From Candidatus Tectimicrobiota bacterium (GTDB lineage: Bacteria; JACPUC01), in contig JACPUC010000006.1 in the NCBI GenBank assembly GCA_016192455.1, positions 186,001-250,000 on the forward strand: a stretch of 64,000 nucleotides of DNA, in the 5' to 3' direction. Position 1 is the first letter of the stretch. Every line of letters begins with the position of its first letter. Positions 47,011 to 56,843 of the stretch are shown here, piece by piece. Both the position numbers and the translations under genes were made by a program. The notes below the pieces were generated by a model. That model was not told where the DNA came from. It worked only from the letters and a program-made list of their open reading frames with translations, and did not search any database.

Positions 47011-47256
47011 ATGCCTAGCCAGGCCTCGAGCCGGAAGAAGTTCTACGGCTTTATCTTTGCCCTCACGGGAGTGTTCACACTCGTCCTCGTCATCGCCTTC
47101 ATCTGGTCTTCTCCCGCCATGCCGGGAAACCCGGTGCACACGCCGGCGCAATCCCAGCAGTCGTGTCTGGCGTGCCATTGGGAGGGGCAAGGGGGCGCGC
47201 CCCTCATCCCGCATCGCCCCATGGGAAGCTGCACGTTCTGCCACGGCGCTCCGTGA
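47011..47256 (+). CDS. Small membrane-anchored diheme c-type cytochrome
   Basis: N-terminal TM helix; CLACH and CTFCH, each preceded by an extra His (PVH, IPH). Confidence 0.75.
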   Translation: MPSQASSRKKFYGFIFALTGVFTLVLVIAFIWSSPAMPGNPVHTPAQSQQSCLACHWEGQGGAPLIPHRPMGSCTFCHGAP

Positions 47257-47961
47257 GCCAGCCCTACGTTCCCGCCAGGAACCTGCAGCGGGCCCTCCTC
47301 ATCGCCCGCCCCAGCCGCTTTACCGGCCTCGTCGATCTCCAGGGTGTACGCAGGGAGGTCTTTGTGCCCAATCCCGGTCGCCTGGAGGGCCTCCTTGTCC
47401 CCGGCGCCACGGTGTACCTCCATGAACCGGAAAGGGCGGGCGCGTGCGCAGGACGCTCCACGACCTCCTCTTCGTCCGGCACGCCGTCGCCTCGTCTGCG
47501 TGGACACGCGCATCTCCAACGATCTCTTCGCCCACTGGCTGGGCCAGGGCCTCCTTGCCGAATTCGCGCCGTACCCCAGGCATCGCCGCGAGGTGACGTT
47601 CGGCAGAAGCCGCTTCGATTTCCTCCTGGAGGGGCCGGACGGCTCCTGCTTCGTCGAGGTGAAGTCCTGCACCCTCGCGCGCCGCGGCCGGGTGGAGTTT
47701 CCCGACGCTCCCACCGAGCGCGGCGCCCGCCACCTGCGCGAGCTTGTGGACGTGGCGCAGGCTGGCATGCGGGCCTGCGTCGTCTTCTGTCTCTTGCGCG
47801 AGGATGGGGAAGTGTTCAGCCCGGCCGACGACATCGACCGGCGCTTCGGCAGGGCGCTGCGGCAGGCCCTGTGCCAGGGGGTGGAGGCTTTTGCGTACCA
47901 AGTGCGCACGCGGCGCTTTGGCATGAGCTTGGCCGGGAACCGTCCCATTCTCCCGCCGTAG
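47253..47961 (+). pseudogene. sfsA: SfsA nuclease-family gene with two -1 frameshifts (pseudogene or assembly errors)
   Basis: RPSRF...PNPGRLEGLL (frame A), RRTLHDLLFV (frame B), VCVDT...SRFDF...VEVKSCTL...FPDAPTERGARHLREL (frame C). Confidence 0.85.
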
Positions 47962-48092
47962 GAGGTGCCGCCGCGCCCCGCCCTGCGAGCGTGGAGAACC
48001 TTCCCGATCGCCCCTGCGCAGGAGAGACCCGCCAGCCCGGCTGTATGGTGGAGGGGCGTATTCTCCCTCTTGCGCCGAGTACTCTGCCACAG

Positions 48093-48947
48093 CTACCGGT
48101 TCAGGAGCGCCGACCCCGCCACGTAAACGTACACCTCCAGGAGTCGGCGGCGCGCCGCGGTCCCCTCATCCTCGCCTGCCACGGACGCCACCGCGAGCCG
48201 CCGCTCGTACAGCCCTTCGGCGACACCCTCATAGACGTCGAGGCGCCGCAGTTCCCCCGCTCGCAGCCCGAAGAGGACCTCCCCGTCCACCACCGCCGCC
48301 TCCTCCGCGCAGGCTGAGGGGGAGGTTGGGACGAGAAATGGATAGGCGAACCCCGGCAGGAGCCGGCGCTGGAAGCCGGAAAGGCGGGCGGGCACAGCCG
48401 GCGGGGCGCGCCCGAGGAGTTGGCGGCGCAGCGCCGCATCGCCCAGGCTGCCATAGACGAAGAGCCGGGTGGTGGCCGCTGCGGGCCGCGCCGCCTGCGT
48501 CTCGAAGAGGGGCAGGTTCATCGCGTGCGGCGTGCTGCGGCTGCCGTCGAGGATGTGGAGGACCCGCCAGCCCCGCGCCGCCAAGCGGTCGGCGAGGAAG
48601 CGGCGGTGGCACTGGGCGGGATCGCGTTCGGCGCACATGAAGCACGTCGGAAGGCGCCCTGCCAGGGCTTCCAGCTCCGCCAGACCCTGGGCGAAGGCGG
48701 CCGTCTCCAGATGGGCCGGGTACTCCTGTTCGCCCCTGCCGCCGAGGAGATCGCCAACATATGCATAGCCGATCGCCTCGCTGTCGAGGAGCGCCTCGAG
48801 GGCGCGGCGGTTGAAGGAGGCGAAGCGACTGCGCGGCACGCTGCGCACATCCACCAGGAGGAGGACCTGGTGCGCCCGCAGAGAGGCCACGAACGACTCC
48901 GCGGTGCGGTTGCTGTGGCCGATCGTGAAGATGGTGGGACGATGCAT
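48093..48947 (-). CDS. DUF488 domain fused to a gamma-glutamylcyclotransferase (GGCT/AIG2-like) domain
   Basis: IFTIGHSNR, LVDVRSVPRSR, LGGR, MCAE..CHR (DUF488); LFVYGSL...LDVYEG...YER (GGCT). Confidence 0.85.
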   Translation of the reverse strand: MHRPTIFTIGHSNRTAESFVASLRAHQVLLLVDVRSVPRSRFASFNRRALEALLDSEAIGYAYVGDLLGGRGEQEYPAHLETAAFAQGLAELEALAGRLPTCFMCAERDPAQCHRRFLADRLAARGWRVLHILDGSRSTPHAMNLPLFETQAARPAAATTRLFVYGSLGDAALRRQLLGRAPPAVPARLSGFQRRLLPGFAYPFLVPTSPSACAEEAAVVDGEVLFGLRAGELRRLDVYEGVAEGLYERRLAVASVAGEDEGTAARRRLLEVYVYVAGSALLNR

Positions 48948-49114
48948 CGCGCCGGTCATAGATCGGGAAAAGCTTCCTGGACGCCAGGCGACGGAGAGCA
49001 GCGCCACCCACTTCCTGAGCAGCTCCCCGTGGGCCTTTGGCCCGCCCGCCAGGGATGAACATGGGGGTTACAGGGAGCGACCTTCTCTCCTGTCGAAGGC
49101 TTCGGCATCCCGGG

Positions 49115-49181
49115 TGTAGGGGCGCCGCTTGCCGCGCCCAAGCGTGGCGGCTCGGGGGGCGGCGCAAGCCCCGCCCCTACA
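49115..49181. repeat. GTAG-type REP inverted doublet (REPIN-like)
   Basis: TGTAGGGGCG...CGCCCCTACA terminal inverted repeat; left arm has an internal GGGCGC/GCGCCC palindrome after GTAG. Confidence 0.65.
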
Positions 49182-49355
49182 GTTCTGCACATTCCGTCCG
49201 CTGCAACATGCACGGTGGCAACCCCGCAATGTCGTGAAATCAACCACGTAGACGCTTATTTGCGCGGCAGCCCGCGGGAACACCCCGCCCCCCCGCCGAG
49301 CCGTCGCTCTCAACGTTGACAACGTTGACGGGCGGTTTCGAGCCAGGGCGTCAAG

Positions 49356-49375
49356 GAAAAAGTTCCAACTTTTTC
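49356..49375. promoter_or_regulatory. Perfect palindrome, candidate operator
   Basis: GAAAAAGTT-CC-AACTTTTTC in a divergent intergenic region. Confidence 0.45.
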
Positions 49376-49576
49376 GTACTCAAGAGAAAATTCTCCCTCT
49401 TGCTGGACCAGGCCCTTCGACCCCATACTATAGGGAAAGAGACTCCCAAGGGGCAGGTGCGCCCTGCCGCCCGCCATACTCCCCGAACCCGAAACCCTTA
49501 GTCGACGGGGGGCGCGTCGGCAAGGATCCGGTGCTGTCCTCGCCTTTACTCTTCCTACGAGGTGAATTCTAAGAAC

Positions 49577-50836
49577 ATGTCGACGTGGACACCATTGTAT
49601 GTCATGTTCTTTACCTTCATGGTAGCGATGTTCTTCGTGCAATTCCTGCTCTGCTGGCGGAGCGTGCGGGCGGTGCTCCGCCTGCGGTTGCGACGCCGTT
49701 GGTCGCGGCTGCTCAGCGGCGGAATTTGCGCCTTTTTTGCAGGGATGGCGGCTCCCAGCGGGCTGCAGGCGGTCGGCGTCTCCGTCTTCACGCTGCTGCC
49801 CGCCTCGATCAGCGAGCCGTACCGCACGCTCTTCCTTGTTTGGATGGTCAGCTCCTCGCTGTCGTTCCTGATCCTTGTCACCTCCGATACCCTGGGCTGG
49901 GTGGCGCGCCACGCGCGGGCCTGGCTTCGCCCTCGGGGCCGCCTCCGCGCCGCGGCGCCGTCGCGGGCGCCGGTCGCGGTGAACCCGTCGCGTCGCCAGT
50001 TCCTCCAGGTGATGAGCTTCGGCGCGGTGGCCCTGCCGATTGGATTGACGACGTATGGAGCGGTATGGGGCCGCTCCCGCCTCGAGGTCGTGCGCCGGGA
50101 CATCGTCATTGACAAGTTGCCGGCAGCGTTGGACGGCCTTACCATCGGCCAGATGAGCGACATCCACGCGGGCACCTTCATGTCCTGGCGGGAGATCAAC
50201 GACTATGCCGTGGTCCTGCAAGAGATGAAGCCCGATCTCATTACGCTCACCGGCGACTTCGTGACCCGCAAGCAGTACCAGCTCACGACCTGCCTCGATG
50301 CCTTGCAGGTGCTGCAAGCGCCGCTCGGCATCTTCGCCTGCCTGGGCAACCATGAGTTCTGGGCCGGCATCGACCAGCGCATGGCCGGCGAGTTTGCGCA
50401 GGGCGGGGTGCGCCTGCTCGTCAACGAGTCGGTGCATGTGGAGCGCAACGGCGCCCGTCTGGCGGTGCTGGGGATCGCCGACGCCTGGACGGGGCGGATC
50501 GATTGGCAGAGCACCCTGACGGCGGTGGCGCCGGAAACGCCGAAGCTGCTCCTGGCTCACATCCCCGACGTCTTCCCGACCGCTGGACGCTATGGCATTG
50601 ATCTGACGCTCTCCGGACACTATCATGGAGGGCAGTTGAAGCTGCCGAGCGGACGCGTTGGCCTGACGCCGGCCATGCTCGTCAGCAAGTACATCGCCGG
50701 GCACTACCGGCTCGATGGAGCGCGGCGCGGGCCTCAGCTCTACGTCAACCGCGGTCTGGGGACAACCGGCGTGCCGGTGCGCCTCAACGCCAGGCCGGAG
50801 ATTACGCTCCTGACCCTGCGGGCACGGCCTGCGTGA
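49577..50836 (+). CDS. Membrane-anchored calcineurin-like metallophosphoesterase (YkuE/YaeI-like)
   Basis: Three TM helices, SRRQFL, SDIH, TGDF, GNHE, LAH.PD, SGHYHGGQ, NRGLG. Confidence 0.9.
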   Translation: MSTWTPLYVMFFTFMVAMFFVQFLLCWRSVRAVLRLRLRRRWSRLLSGGICAFFAGMAAPSGLQAVGVSVFTLLPASISEPYRTLFLVWMVSSSLSFLILVTSDTLGWVARHARAWLRPRGRLRAAAPSRAPVAVNPSRRQFLQVMSFGAVALPIGLTTYGAVWGRSRLEVVRRDIVIDKLPAALDGLTIGQMSDIHAGTFMSWREINDYAVVLQEMKPDLITLTGDFVTRKQYQLTTCLDALQVLQAPLGIFACLGNHEFWAGIDQRMAGEFAQGGVRLLVNESVHVERNGARLAVLGIADAWTGRIDWQSTLTAVAPETPKLLLAHIPDVFPTAGRYGIDLTLSGHYHGGQLKLPSGRVGLTPAMLVSKYIAGHYRLDGARRGPQLYVNRGLGTTGVPVRLNARPEITLLTLRARPA

Positions 50837-51389
50837 GCCACAAGGCACCGCCGCGAGACGGCTGCCTGGTTGAGCGACGACGCACCGAGCTGGCGGGCCC
50901 GGCTGCAGGCGTTGGACCTGCCCGCGCTCGGTGGGCCGCCGCGCGGGCCGCGCCGATCCCGTCGCTAGGCTCTGGCGCGAGCACCCTCGACGTTCCTCCA
51001 GTAGGCGTCACCCCACCTCTCTCCCACCGCCTCTTCCCTAAGTCGGAGTCACCCTGCGATGCCCGGCGAGGGGTGGTGCTGCCTGCCGGAGGAGCGCGCC
51101 CGTGCCAGCGGGGTAGGTGCGCCGCCGCGGACCAGCAGGCAGGGAGGAAGAGAAAGCGGAGAGCGCCAGGCCGAGGGGTCGGCGCGGGTTGCCGCGCCTC
51201 TGCCGATCAAGCGCCGGAGGCTGCGGCGCGCGGGCCGGCCGGTTGCTGCCGCTGAGCCAGGCCCGGCACTGAAGGGTGGCAGTGCGCCCGAGGGTCGCGG
51301 CTTCCTGGCGCCGCGCCTGGCGGCGCGACCTCCACGCCGCCGCGCAGGCCGATCCGCGGACGTGGCGAACCAAGAAGACAGCGCATCGC

Positions 51390-53294
51390 ATGCTCGACAA
51401 GAACCTGACCTCACTCAAACCCTATCTCCTGCGCTACCGCTGGCGCTTGCTCGCGGGTATCCTGGCGCTGCTCTTCACGGACGCCTGCGGGCTCGTCGTG
51501 CCGTGGGTCTTGAAGCTCGCCATCGACGGCATTTCCAGCCCCAGGAACTCCGCTTCCTTGCTCCACTATGCCGGGCTCCTCATGCTGGCGGTGCTGGTGC
51601 AGGCAGTCTTCCGCGTCGGCTGGCGCAACGGCATCTTCGGCTTCTCGCGCCGCGTCGAGGCTGATCTGCGCTGCGACTTCTTCCAGCACCTGCAGCGTCT
51701 CTCACCGTCGTTCTACGACCGCGCGCAGACCGGCGATCTCATGTCGCGCGCCACCAACGATCTCAGTGCTGTCCGGGAGCTCCTCGGCATGGGGGCGATG
51801 GGCATTGTCGACGGCGTGCTCGTGGTGGCGGCGTCGGTCTCCATCATGCTTGTCATCGATCCGCGGCTGACGCTCCTCACCATGTTGCCGCTCCCCGTCA
51901 TCACGCTGGCGGTGCTGCGGCTTGGCAAGCTCGTCCACGAGCGCTCCAGGGAAACGCAGGAGCAAGCCGCGGCGCTCAGCGCCATGGTGCAGGAGAGCTT
52001 CGCCGGCATCCGCGTCGTCAAAGCCTACGTCCAGGAGGAGGCGGAGTACCGCGAGTTTGCCAGGCTCTCCCGGGAGTATTTCGAGAAGAACATGGCCCTG
52101 GTGCGGGTGCGCGCCATCTTCCTGCCGTGCATCGCCCTGATGTCCGCCGTGGGCGTCGCCCTGACCCTTGGCTACGGCGGCTGGCGCGTCATCGCCGGCG
52201 GCATGAGCCTCGGTTCCTTTGTCGCCTTCCTGGGCTACCTGGCGATGCTGACTTGGCCGCTCATGGCCCTCGGCTTCGTGGTCAACCTCTACCAGCGCGG
52301 CATGGCCTCCCTGGCGCGGATCAATGAGATTCTGGCCGTCGAACCGGAGGTGCGCGACGCCCCGGATGCCCTCGGGGACTTCACGGTGGACGGCGCCATC
52401 GAGTTCCGCAACCTCACCTTCCGCTACTCCCGAGGGGCTGCGGGCCCGGCGGCGACCGCCACGGGCGAGGCCGGCGCGCCCGTCCTCCGGAACGTCACCC
52501 TGCGCATCCCCGCCGGCGGGGTGGTAGCCCTGGTCGGGGCAACGGGGAGCGGCAAGAGCACGCTCGTCAACCTCGTGCCGCGACTCTACGATCCGCCGCC
52601 GGGCACGGTGTTCATCGACGGCGTCGAGGTGCGGCGCATCCCGTTGACGCGCCTGCGCAGCGCCATCGGCTACGTCTCCCAGGAGCCCTACCTCTTCAGT
52701 GACACCCTGGCCGCCAACATCCTCTTCTCCGCCCCGGCGAGGAACGGCGTGGAGCCGCGCGAAGAGGCCGAGGTGGCGCAGTTGAGTCGGGAGATCTGCG
52801 CCCTTCCGCAGGGCTTCGAGACGCTCATCGGCGAGCGCGGCGTGAACCTCTCCGGAGGGCAGAAGCAGCGCGTGGCGCTGGCCCGGGCCCTGGCGCGGCG
52901 GCCGCGCATTCTCATCCTGGACGACGCCTTCTCGAGCGTCGATACGGAGACCGAAGAGAAGATCCTGCGGGGGCTGCGCGCCAAGCTGCGCGGCTGCACC
53001 TGTCTCCTCGTCTCGCATCGCGTCACGACGCTGCAGGAGGCGGACCGCATCGTCGTCCTGGAGGAGGGGCGGATCATCGAGGAGGGGACGAACCGCGAGC
53101 TGCTCGCCAGGCGGGGAGCTTACTGGAGGCTCTACCAGAAGCAGCTTTTGGCGCAAGGCCTGGAAGATCGTCTGCGGCAGGCGCCGTTCCAGGCGGCTGT
53201 GGATGCCGTTCCACATTCCTCCCCGTACCGCGCCGCGCCGCCGCAAGAACGCCTCGGAACACGCCCCTCGCAGCGGCAGGAGAGCGCCCCATGA
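51390..53294 (+). CDS. ABC exporter, fused TMD-NBD (MdlA-like)
   Basis: TGDLMSRATND, GATGSGKS, LSGGQKQR, ILDDAFS (degenerate Walker B). Confidence 0.93.
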   Translation: MLDKNLTSLKPYLLRYRWRLLAGILALLFTDACGLVVPWVLKLAIDGISSPRNSASLLHYAGLLMLAVLVQAVFRVGWRNGIFGFSRRVEADLRCDFFQHLQRLSPSFYDRAQTGDLMSRATNDLSAVRELLGMGAMGIVDGVLVVAASVSIMLVIDPRLTLLTMLPLPVITLAVLRLGKLVHERSRETQEQAAALSAMVQESFAGIRVVKAYVQEEAEYREFARLSREYFEKNMALVRVRAIFLPCIALMSAVGVALTLGYGGWRVIAGGMSLGSFVAFLGYLAMLTWPLMALGFVVNLYQRGMASLARINEILAVEPEVRDAPDALGDFTVDGAIEFRNLTFRYSRGAAGPAATATGEAGAPVLRNVTLRIPAGGVVALVGATGSGKSTLVNLVPRLYDPPPGTVFIDGVEVRRIPLTRLRSAIGYVSQEPYLFSDTLAANILFSAPARNGVEPREEAEVAQLSREICALPQGFETLIGERGVNLSGGQKQRVALARALARRPRILILDDAFSSVDTETEEKILRGLRAKLRGCTCLLVSHRVTTLQEADRIVVLEEGRIIEEGTNRELLARRGAYWRLYQKQLLAQGLEDRLRQAPFQAAVDAVPHSSPYRAAPPQERLGTRPSQRQESAP

Positions 53295-55129
53295 TCCATG
53301 GCCTCGGGCCTGACAGCGCCATCCACGAGGATGAAGCGCTCGGCAAGGCGTACGACGCCCGCCTCATGCGCCGCCTCATGGGCTACCTGCGCCCCTACCG
53401 CGGCCTCGTCGTGCTGACGAGCCTGCTCCTCCTGGCCATCTCGCTGCTGCAGCTCGTCGGCCCCTACCTCACGAAGGTGGCCATCGACACCTACATCGTC
53501 TCGCAGGACTACGCCGGGGTGCGGAACATGGCCCTCCTCTACCTCGGCATCTGGTGCCTCCTGGCGGTCCTTCAGTACTTCCAGACCTACCTCATGCACC
53601 GCATGGGGCAACACGTCATCTACGACCTGCGGACGCAGGTCTTCCAGCACCTGCAGGGCCAGTCGCTGCGCTTCTTCGATCGCAACCCCGTCGGCCGCCT
53701 GATGACCCGCGTCGTCAATGACGTGGAGGTGCTCGATGAGATGTTCACCACAGGCGTGGTGACGTTCCTGGGCGACTGCTTCATCCTGGCCGGCATCACC
53801 GTCGCCATGATCTGGCTCGACTGGAAGCTGGCGTTGCTGACCCTCGCGCTGGTGCCGCTCCTCGTGCTCGTCAGCTCCATCTACCGCCGCAAGGCGCGCG
53901 AGGCCTACCGCCGCACCCGCCTCGCCCTGGCCCGGCTGAACGCTTACCTGCATGAGAACCTGGCGGGGATGCGCACCGTGCAAGCCTTCGTGCGCGAGCG
54001 CCGCAACCTGAAGACCTTCCACGGCATCAACCTGACCTACCGCGACCTCATGCTGCGGTCCATCTTCTACAATTCGCTCTTCTTCCCTGCCGTGGAGATT
54101 ATTGGAGCGCTGGCAACCGCCCTGGTCATCTGGTATGGTGGAGGGAGGGTGGTCCAGGGGCTGGTCGAACTTGGCGTTCTGGTGGCGTTCCTGCAGTACC
54201 TCGAGCGCTTCTTCCGCCCCATCCGCGATCTGGCGGAGAAGTACAATATCATGCAGTCGGCCATGGCCTCCTCGGAGCGCCTCTTCAAGATTCTCGACAC
54301 GCAGCCGGACCTCGAGAGCCCGGCGCACCCGGTCGCCGTCAGTCAGTGCCGCGGCGCGGTGCGTTTCGACCGGGTGTGGTTCGCCTACCGCAGCGGCGAG
54401 TGGGTGCTGCAAGACTTCACCCTGGAGATCGAGCCGGGTGAGCGCATCGCCCTCGTGGGGCCGACGGGGGCCGGCAAGTCGACCCTGACGAACCTCCTCT
54501 GCCGCTTCTACGACCCGCAGCGCGGGCGCGTCCTCATCGACGGCGTAGATGTGCGGGATTACGACCTGAAGGACCTGCGCCGGCGCATCGGTCTCGTCAT
54601 CCAGGATGTCTTCCTCTTCTCCGGCGACGTGGAGGCGAATATCCGCCTGGGCGACACGCGCATCGGTCTCGAGCGGGTACGGCAGGCGGCGCGGCGGGTC
54701 AACGCCCATCGTTTCATCGAGCAGCTTCCGCGCGGTTACCAGGAGCCGGTGGCGGAACGGGGCGCCACGTTCTCCGCGGGACAGCGGCAGCTCATCAGCT
54801 TCGCCCGCGTGCTCGCCATTGATCCGCAGATCCTCATCCTCGACGAGGCGACGTCGAGTGTGGACACGGAGACAGAGCACCTCATCCAGGAGAACCTGGA
54901 AGAGCTGCTGCGCGGGCGCACCTCGATCATCGTGGCGCACCGTCTCGCCACGGTGCAGCGCGTGGATCGCATCATCGTGCTGCGGGACGGCGCCGTCGTC
55001 GAGATGGGGTCGCACGCCGAGTTGCTGCGCCGCGGCGGCCTCTACGCCACCCTCTACTGGTACCAGTTCAAGGATCGCGCGGAGGACCTCGCGGACCTGG
55101 CGCCGTCCGGCGCCCAGGGGGCCTTGTGA
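53291..55129 (+). CDS. ABC exporter, fused TMD-NBD (MdlB-like heterodimer partner)
   Basis: GRLMTRVVND, GPTGAGKS, FSAGQRQ, ILDEATS, AHRL; ATGA overlap with the upstream gene. Confidence 0.93.
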   Translation: MIHGLGPDSAIHEDEALGKAYDARLMRRLMGYLRPYRGLVVLTSLLLLAISLLQLVGPYLTKVAIDTYIVSQDYAGVRNMALLYLGIWCLLAVLQYFQTYLMHRMGQHVIYDLRTQVFQHLQGQSLRFFDRNPVGRLMTRVVNDVEVLDEMFTTGVVTFLGDCFILAGITVAMIWLDWKLALLTLALVPLLVLVSSIYRRKAREAYRRTRLALARLNAYLHENLAGMRTVQAFVRERRNLKTFHGINLTYRDLMLRSIFYNSLFFPAVEIIGALATALVIWYGGGRVVQGLVELGVLVAFLQYLERFFRPIRDLAEKYNIMQSAMASSERLFKILDTQPDLESPAHPVAVSQCRGAVRFDRVWFAYRSGEWVLQDFTLEIEPGERIALVGPTGAGKSTLTNLLCRFYDPQRGRVLIDGVDVRDYDLKDLRRRIGLVIQDVFLFSGDVEANIRLGDTRIGLERVRQAARRVNAHRFIEQLPRGYQEPVAERGATFSAGQRQLISFARVLAIDPQILILDEATSSVDTETEHLIQENLEELLRGRTSIIVAHRLATVQRVDRIIVLRDGAVVEMGSHAELLRRGGLYATLYWYQFKDRAEDLADLAPSGAQGAL

Positions 55130-55188
55130 GGCCGTTCCGCGGCAACGGCGGCAGCGGCGCGGTCGGCTCCGCCGTGAGAGCAAGCAGG

Positions 55189-55824
55189 ATGACGGAGCAG
55201 GATCGGCATGCGGCGCTCTGGGACTGCATCGTCGGGCGGCGCTCGGTGCGGCGGATGCAGGAACGGAATGTGTCGCGGGGGGATCTCGAGGCCCTCGTCG
55301 AGGCGGCGGCCTGGTCGCCCTCGCCCCATAAGGCGCAGCCGTGGCGGTTCGCCCTGGTAGACGAGCGGCGGCGCCTGCAGCGGCTGGCCGGGGAGATGGC
55401 GGCGGCCTTCCGCGCCGATCTCGAACGGGACGCCGTCGAACCCGCCACCATCGAGCGCCTCTGCGGGGAATCGGTGGAGCGCTTCGGCAGCGCCCCGGCC
55501 ATGCTCGTCCCCTGCCTTACCATGGAGGAGATGCGCCGCTACCCGGATGCGCGCCGCCGCCGGGCGGAGGAGGAGATGGCGATCATGAGCGCCGGCGCGG
55601 CCCTGCAGAACCTGATGCTGCGGGCGCATGCCCTCGGCCTCGCCACTTGCTGGTACTCGGCGCCGCTCTTCTGCCAGGAGGTCGTGAGGCGGGCGCTCGA
55701 CCTCCCCGCCGGTTGGCAGCCGCTTGCCATCGTCATCGTGGGGTATGCGGCGGTGTCGCCGCCCCTGCCGCCGCGCCGGGAGTTTCAGTCGCTCCTGCGC
55801 TATGCCGAGGCGGCGAACGCCTAG
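55189..55824 (+). CDS. Nitroreductase-family protein resembling the FbiB C-terminal domain (putative dehydro-F420 reductase)
   Basis: RRSVRR, SPSPHKAQPWRF, YPDARRRRAEEEM, GAALQNLML, GLATCWY..PLFC; directly upstream of cofD. Confidence 0.8.
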   Translation: MTEQDRHAALWDCIVGRRSVRRMQERNVSRGDLEALVEAAAWSPSPHKAQPWRFALVDERRRLQRLAGEMAAAFRADLERDAVEPATIERLCGESVERFGSAPAMLVPCLTMEEMRRYPDARRRRAEEEMAIMSAGAALQNLMLRAHALGLATCWYSAPLFCQEVVRRALDLPAGWQPLAIVIVGYAAVSPPLPPRREFQSLLRYAEAANA

Positions 55825-55887
55825 CGGCGCTGCCGACAGCAGCCGCCGCGGGGAGCGCGGACGTTCGCGGCGGCGGGTTGAGGCTTC

Positions 55888-56838
55888 ATGATCGTCGCAC
55901 TGGCTGGAGGCGTTGGCGGCTCGAAGCTCGTCCTCGGTCTGGCGCGGGTGCTGCCGCCGGGCGACCTGACGGTGATCGTGAACACGGGCGACGACGAGGA
56001 CTTCTATGGCCTGCGGGTCTGCCCCGATCTCGATACCGTCCTCTACACCCTGGGAAGTCTCGTCGATCCAGAGCAGGGGTGGGGGCTGGCCGAGGAACGT
56101 TTCGATACCCTGGAGATGCTGCAACGCTACGGCGCCGCGACCTGGTTCCGCCTCGGCAACAAGGACCTGGCGACGCATCTGTTGCGCAGCCTCTGGCTGC
56201 GGGAGGGCCTGCGGCTCACGGAGGTGACGGGCAGGTTCGCCGCCGCCCTGGGGGTGGCGACGCGCATCCTTCCCATGGCTGACGCGCCCGTCGCCACGCG
56301 CCTCATGATTGCGGCGGACGACGGGGCGGGCGAGCGCGAGCTGGCGTTCCAGGAGTACTTCGTGCAGCGGCGCTGGCGCGACCGCGTCGTCGCCGTCCGC
56401 TTTGCGGGCATTGAGCAGACCGCCATCAGCCGCGAAGCGCTCGAGGCGATTGCCGCAGCCAAGGCGATCATCTTCTGCCCCTCGAATCCGGTGGTGAGCA
56501 TCGAGCCAATCCTGAGCGTCCCGGGGATGCGGCAGGCGATTCGCTCCGCGCGCTGCCCACGGGTGGCCCTCAGCCCGATCATCGGCGGCGAGGCGGTGAG
56601 CGGGCCGGCGGCGCGGCTCATGGCAGACCTCGGGAGAGAGCCGACCGCCGTGGGGGTGGCGAGGCTCTATGCGGACGTTCTGAGCCACTTCATCCTCGAC
56701 ACGCGGGATGCCGCCCAGCGCCCCGCGGTGGAGAAGCTGGGGCTTCAGGCGGGCGTCCTCAACACCCTGATGAGCAGCCAGGAGGAGAAGGAAACCCTGG
56801 CGCGCGCTCTCCTGAGGCGGATCGGCGTCGAGAGGTAG
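55888..56838 (+). CDS. cofD: 2-phospho-L-lactate/PEP transferase CofD (FbiA)
   Basis: LAGGVGGSK, VNTGDD, CPDLDTVLYTL, WFRLGNKDLATH, FQEYFV, PSNPVVSI. Confidence 0.95.
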   Translation: MIVALAGGVGGSKLVLGLARVLPPGDLTVIVNTGDDEDFYGLRVCPDLDTVLYTLGSLVDPEQGWGLAEERFDTLEMLQRYGAATWFRLGNKDLATHLLRSLWLREGLRLTEVTGRFAAALGVATRILPMADAPVATRLMIAADDGAGERELAFQEYFVQRRWRDRVVAVRFAGIEQTAISREALEAIAAAKAIIFCPSNPVVSIEPILSVPGMRQAIRSARCPRVALSPIIGGEAVSGPAARLMADLGREPTAVGVARLYADVLSHFILDTRDAAQRPAVEKLGLQAGVLNTLMSSQEEKETLARALLRRIGVER

Positions 56839-56843
56839 CAGGC

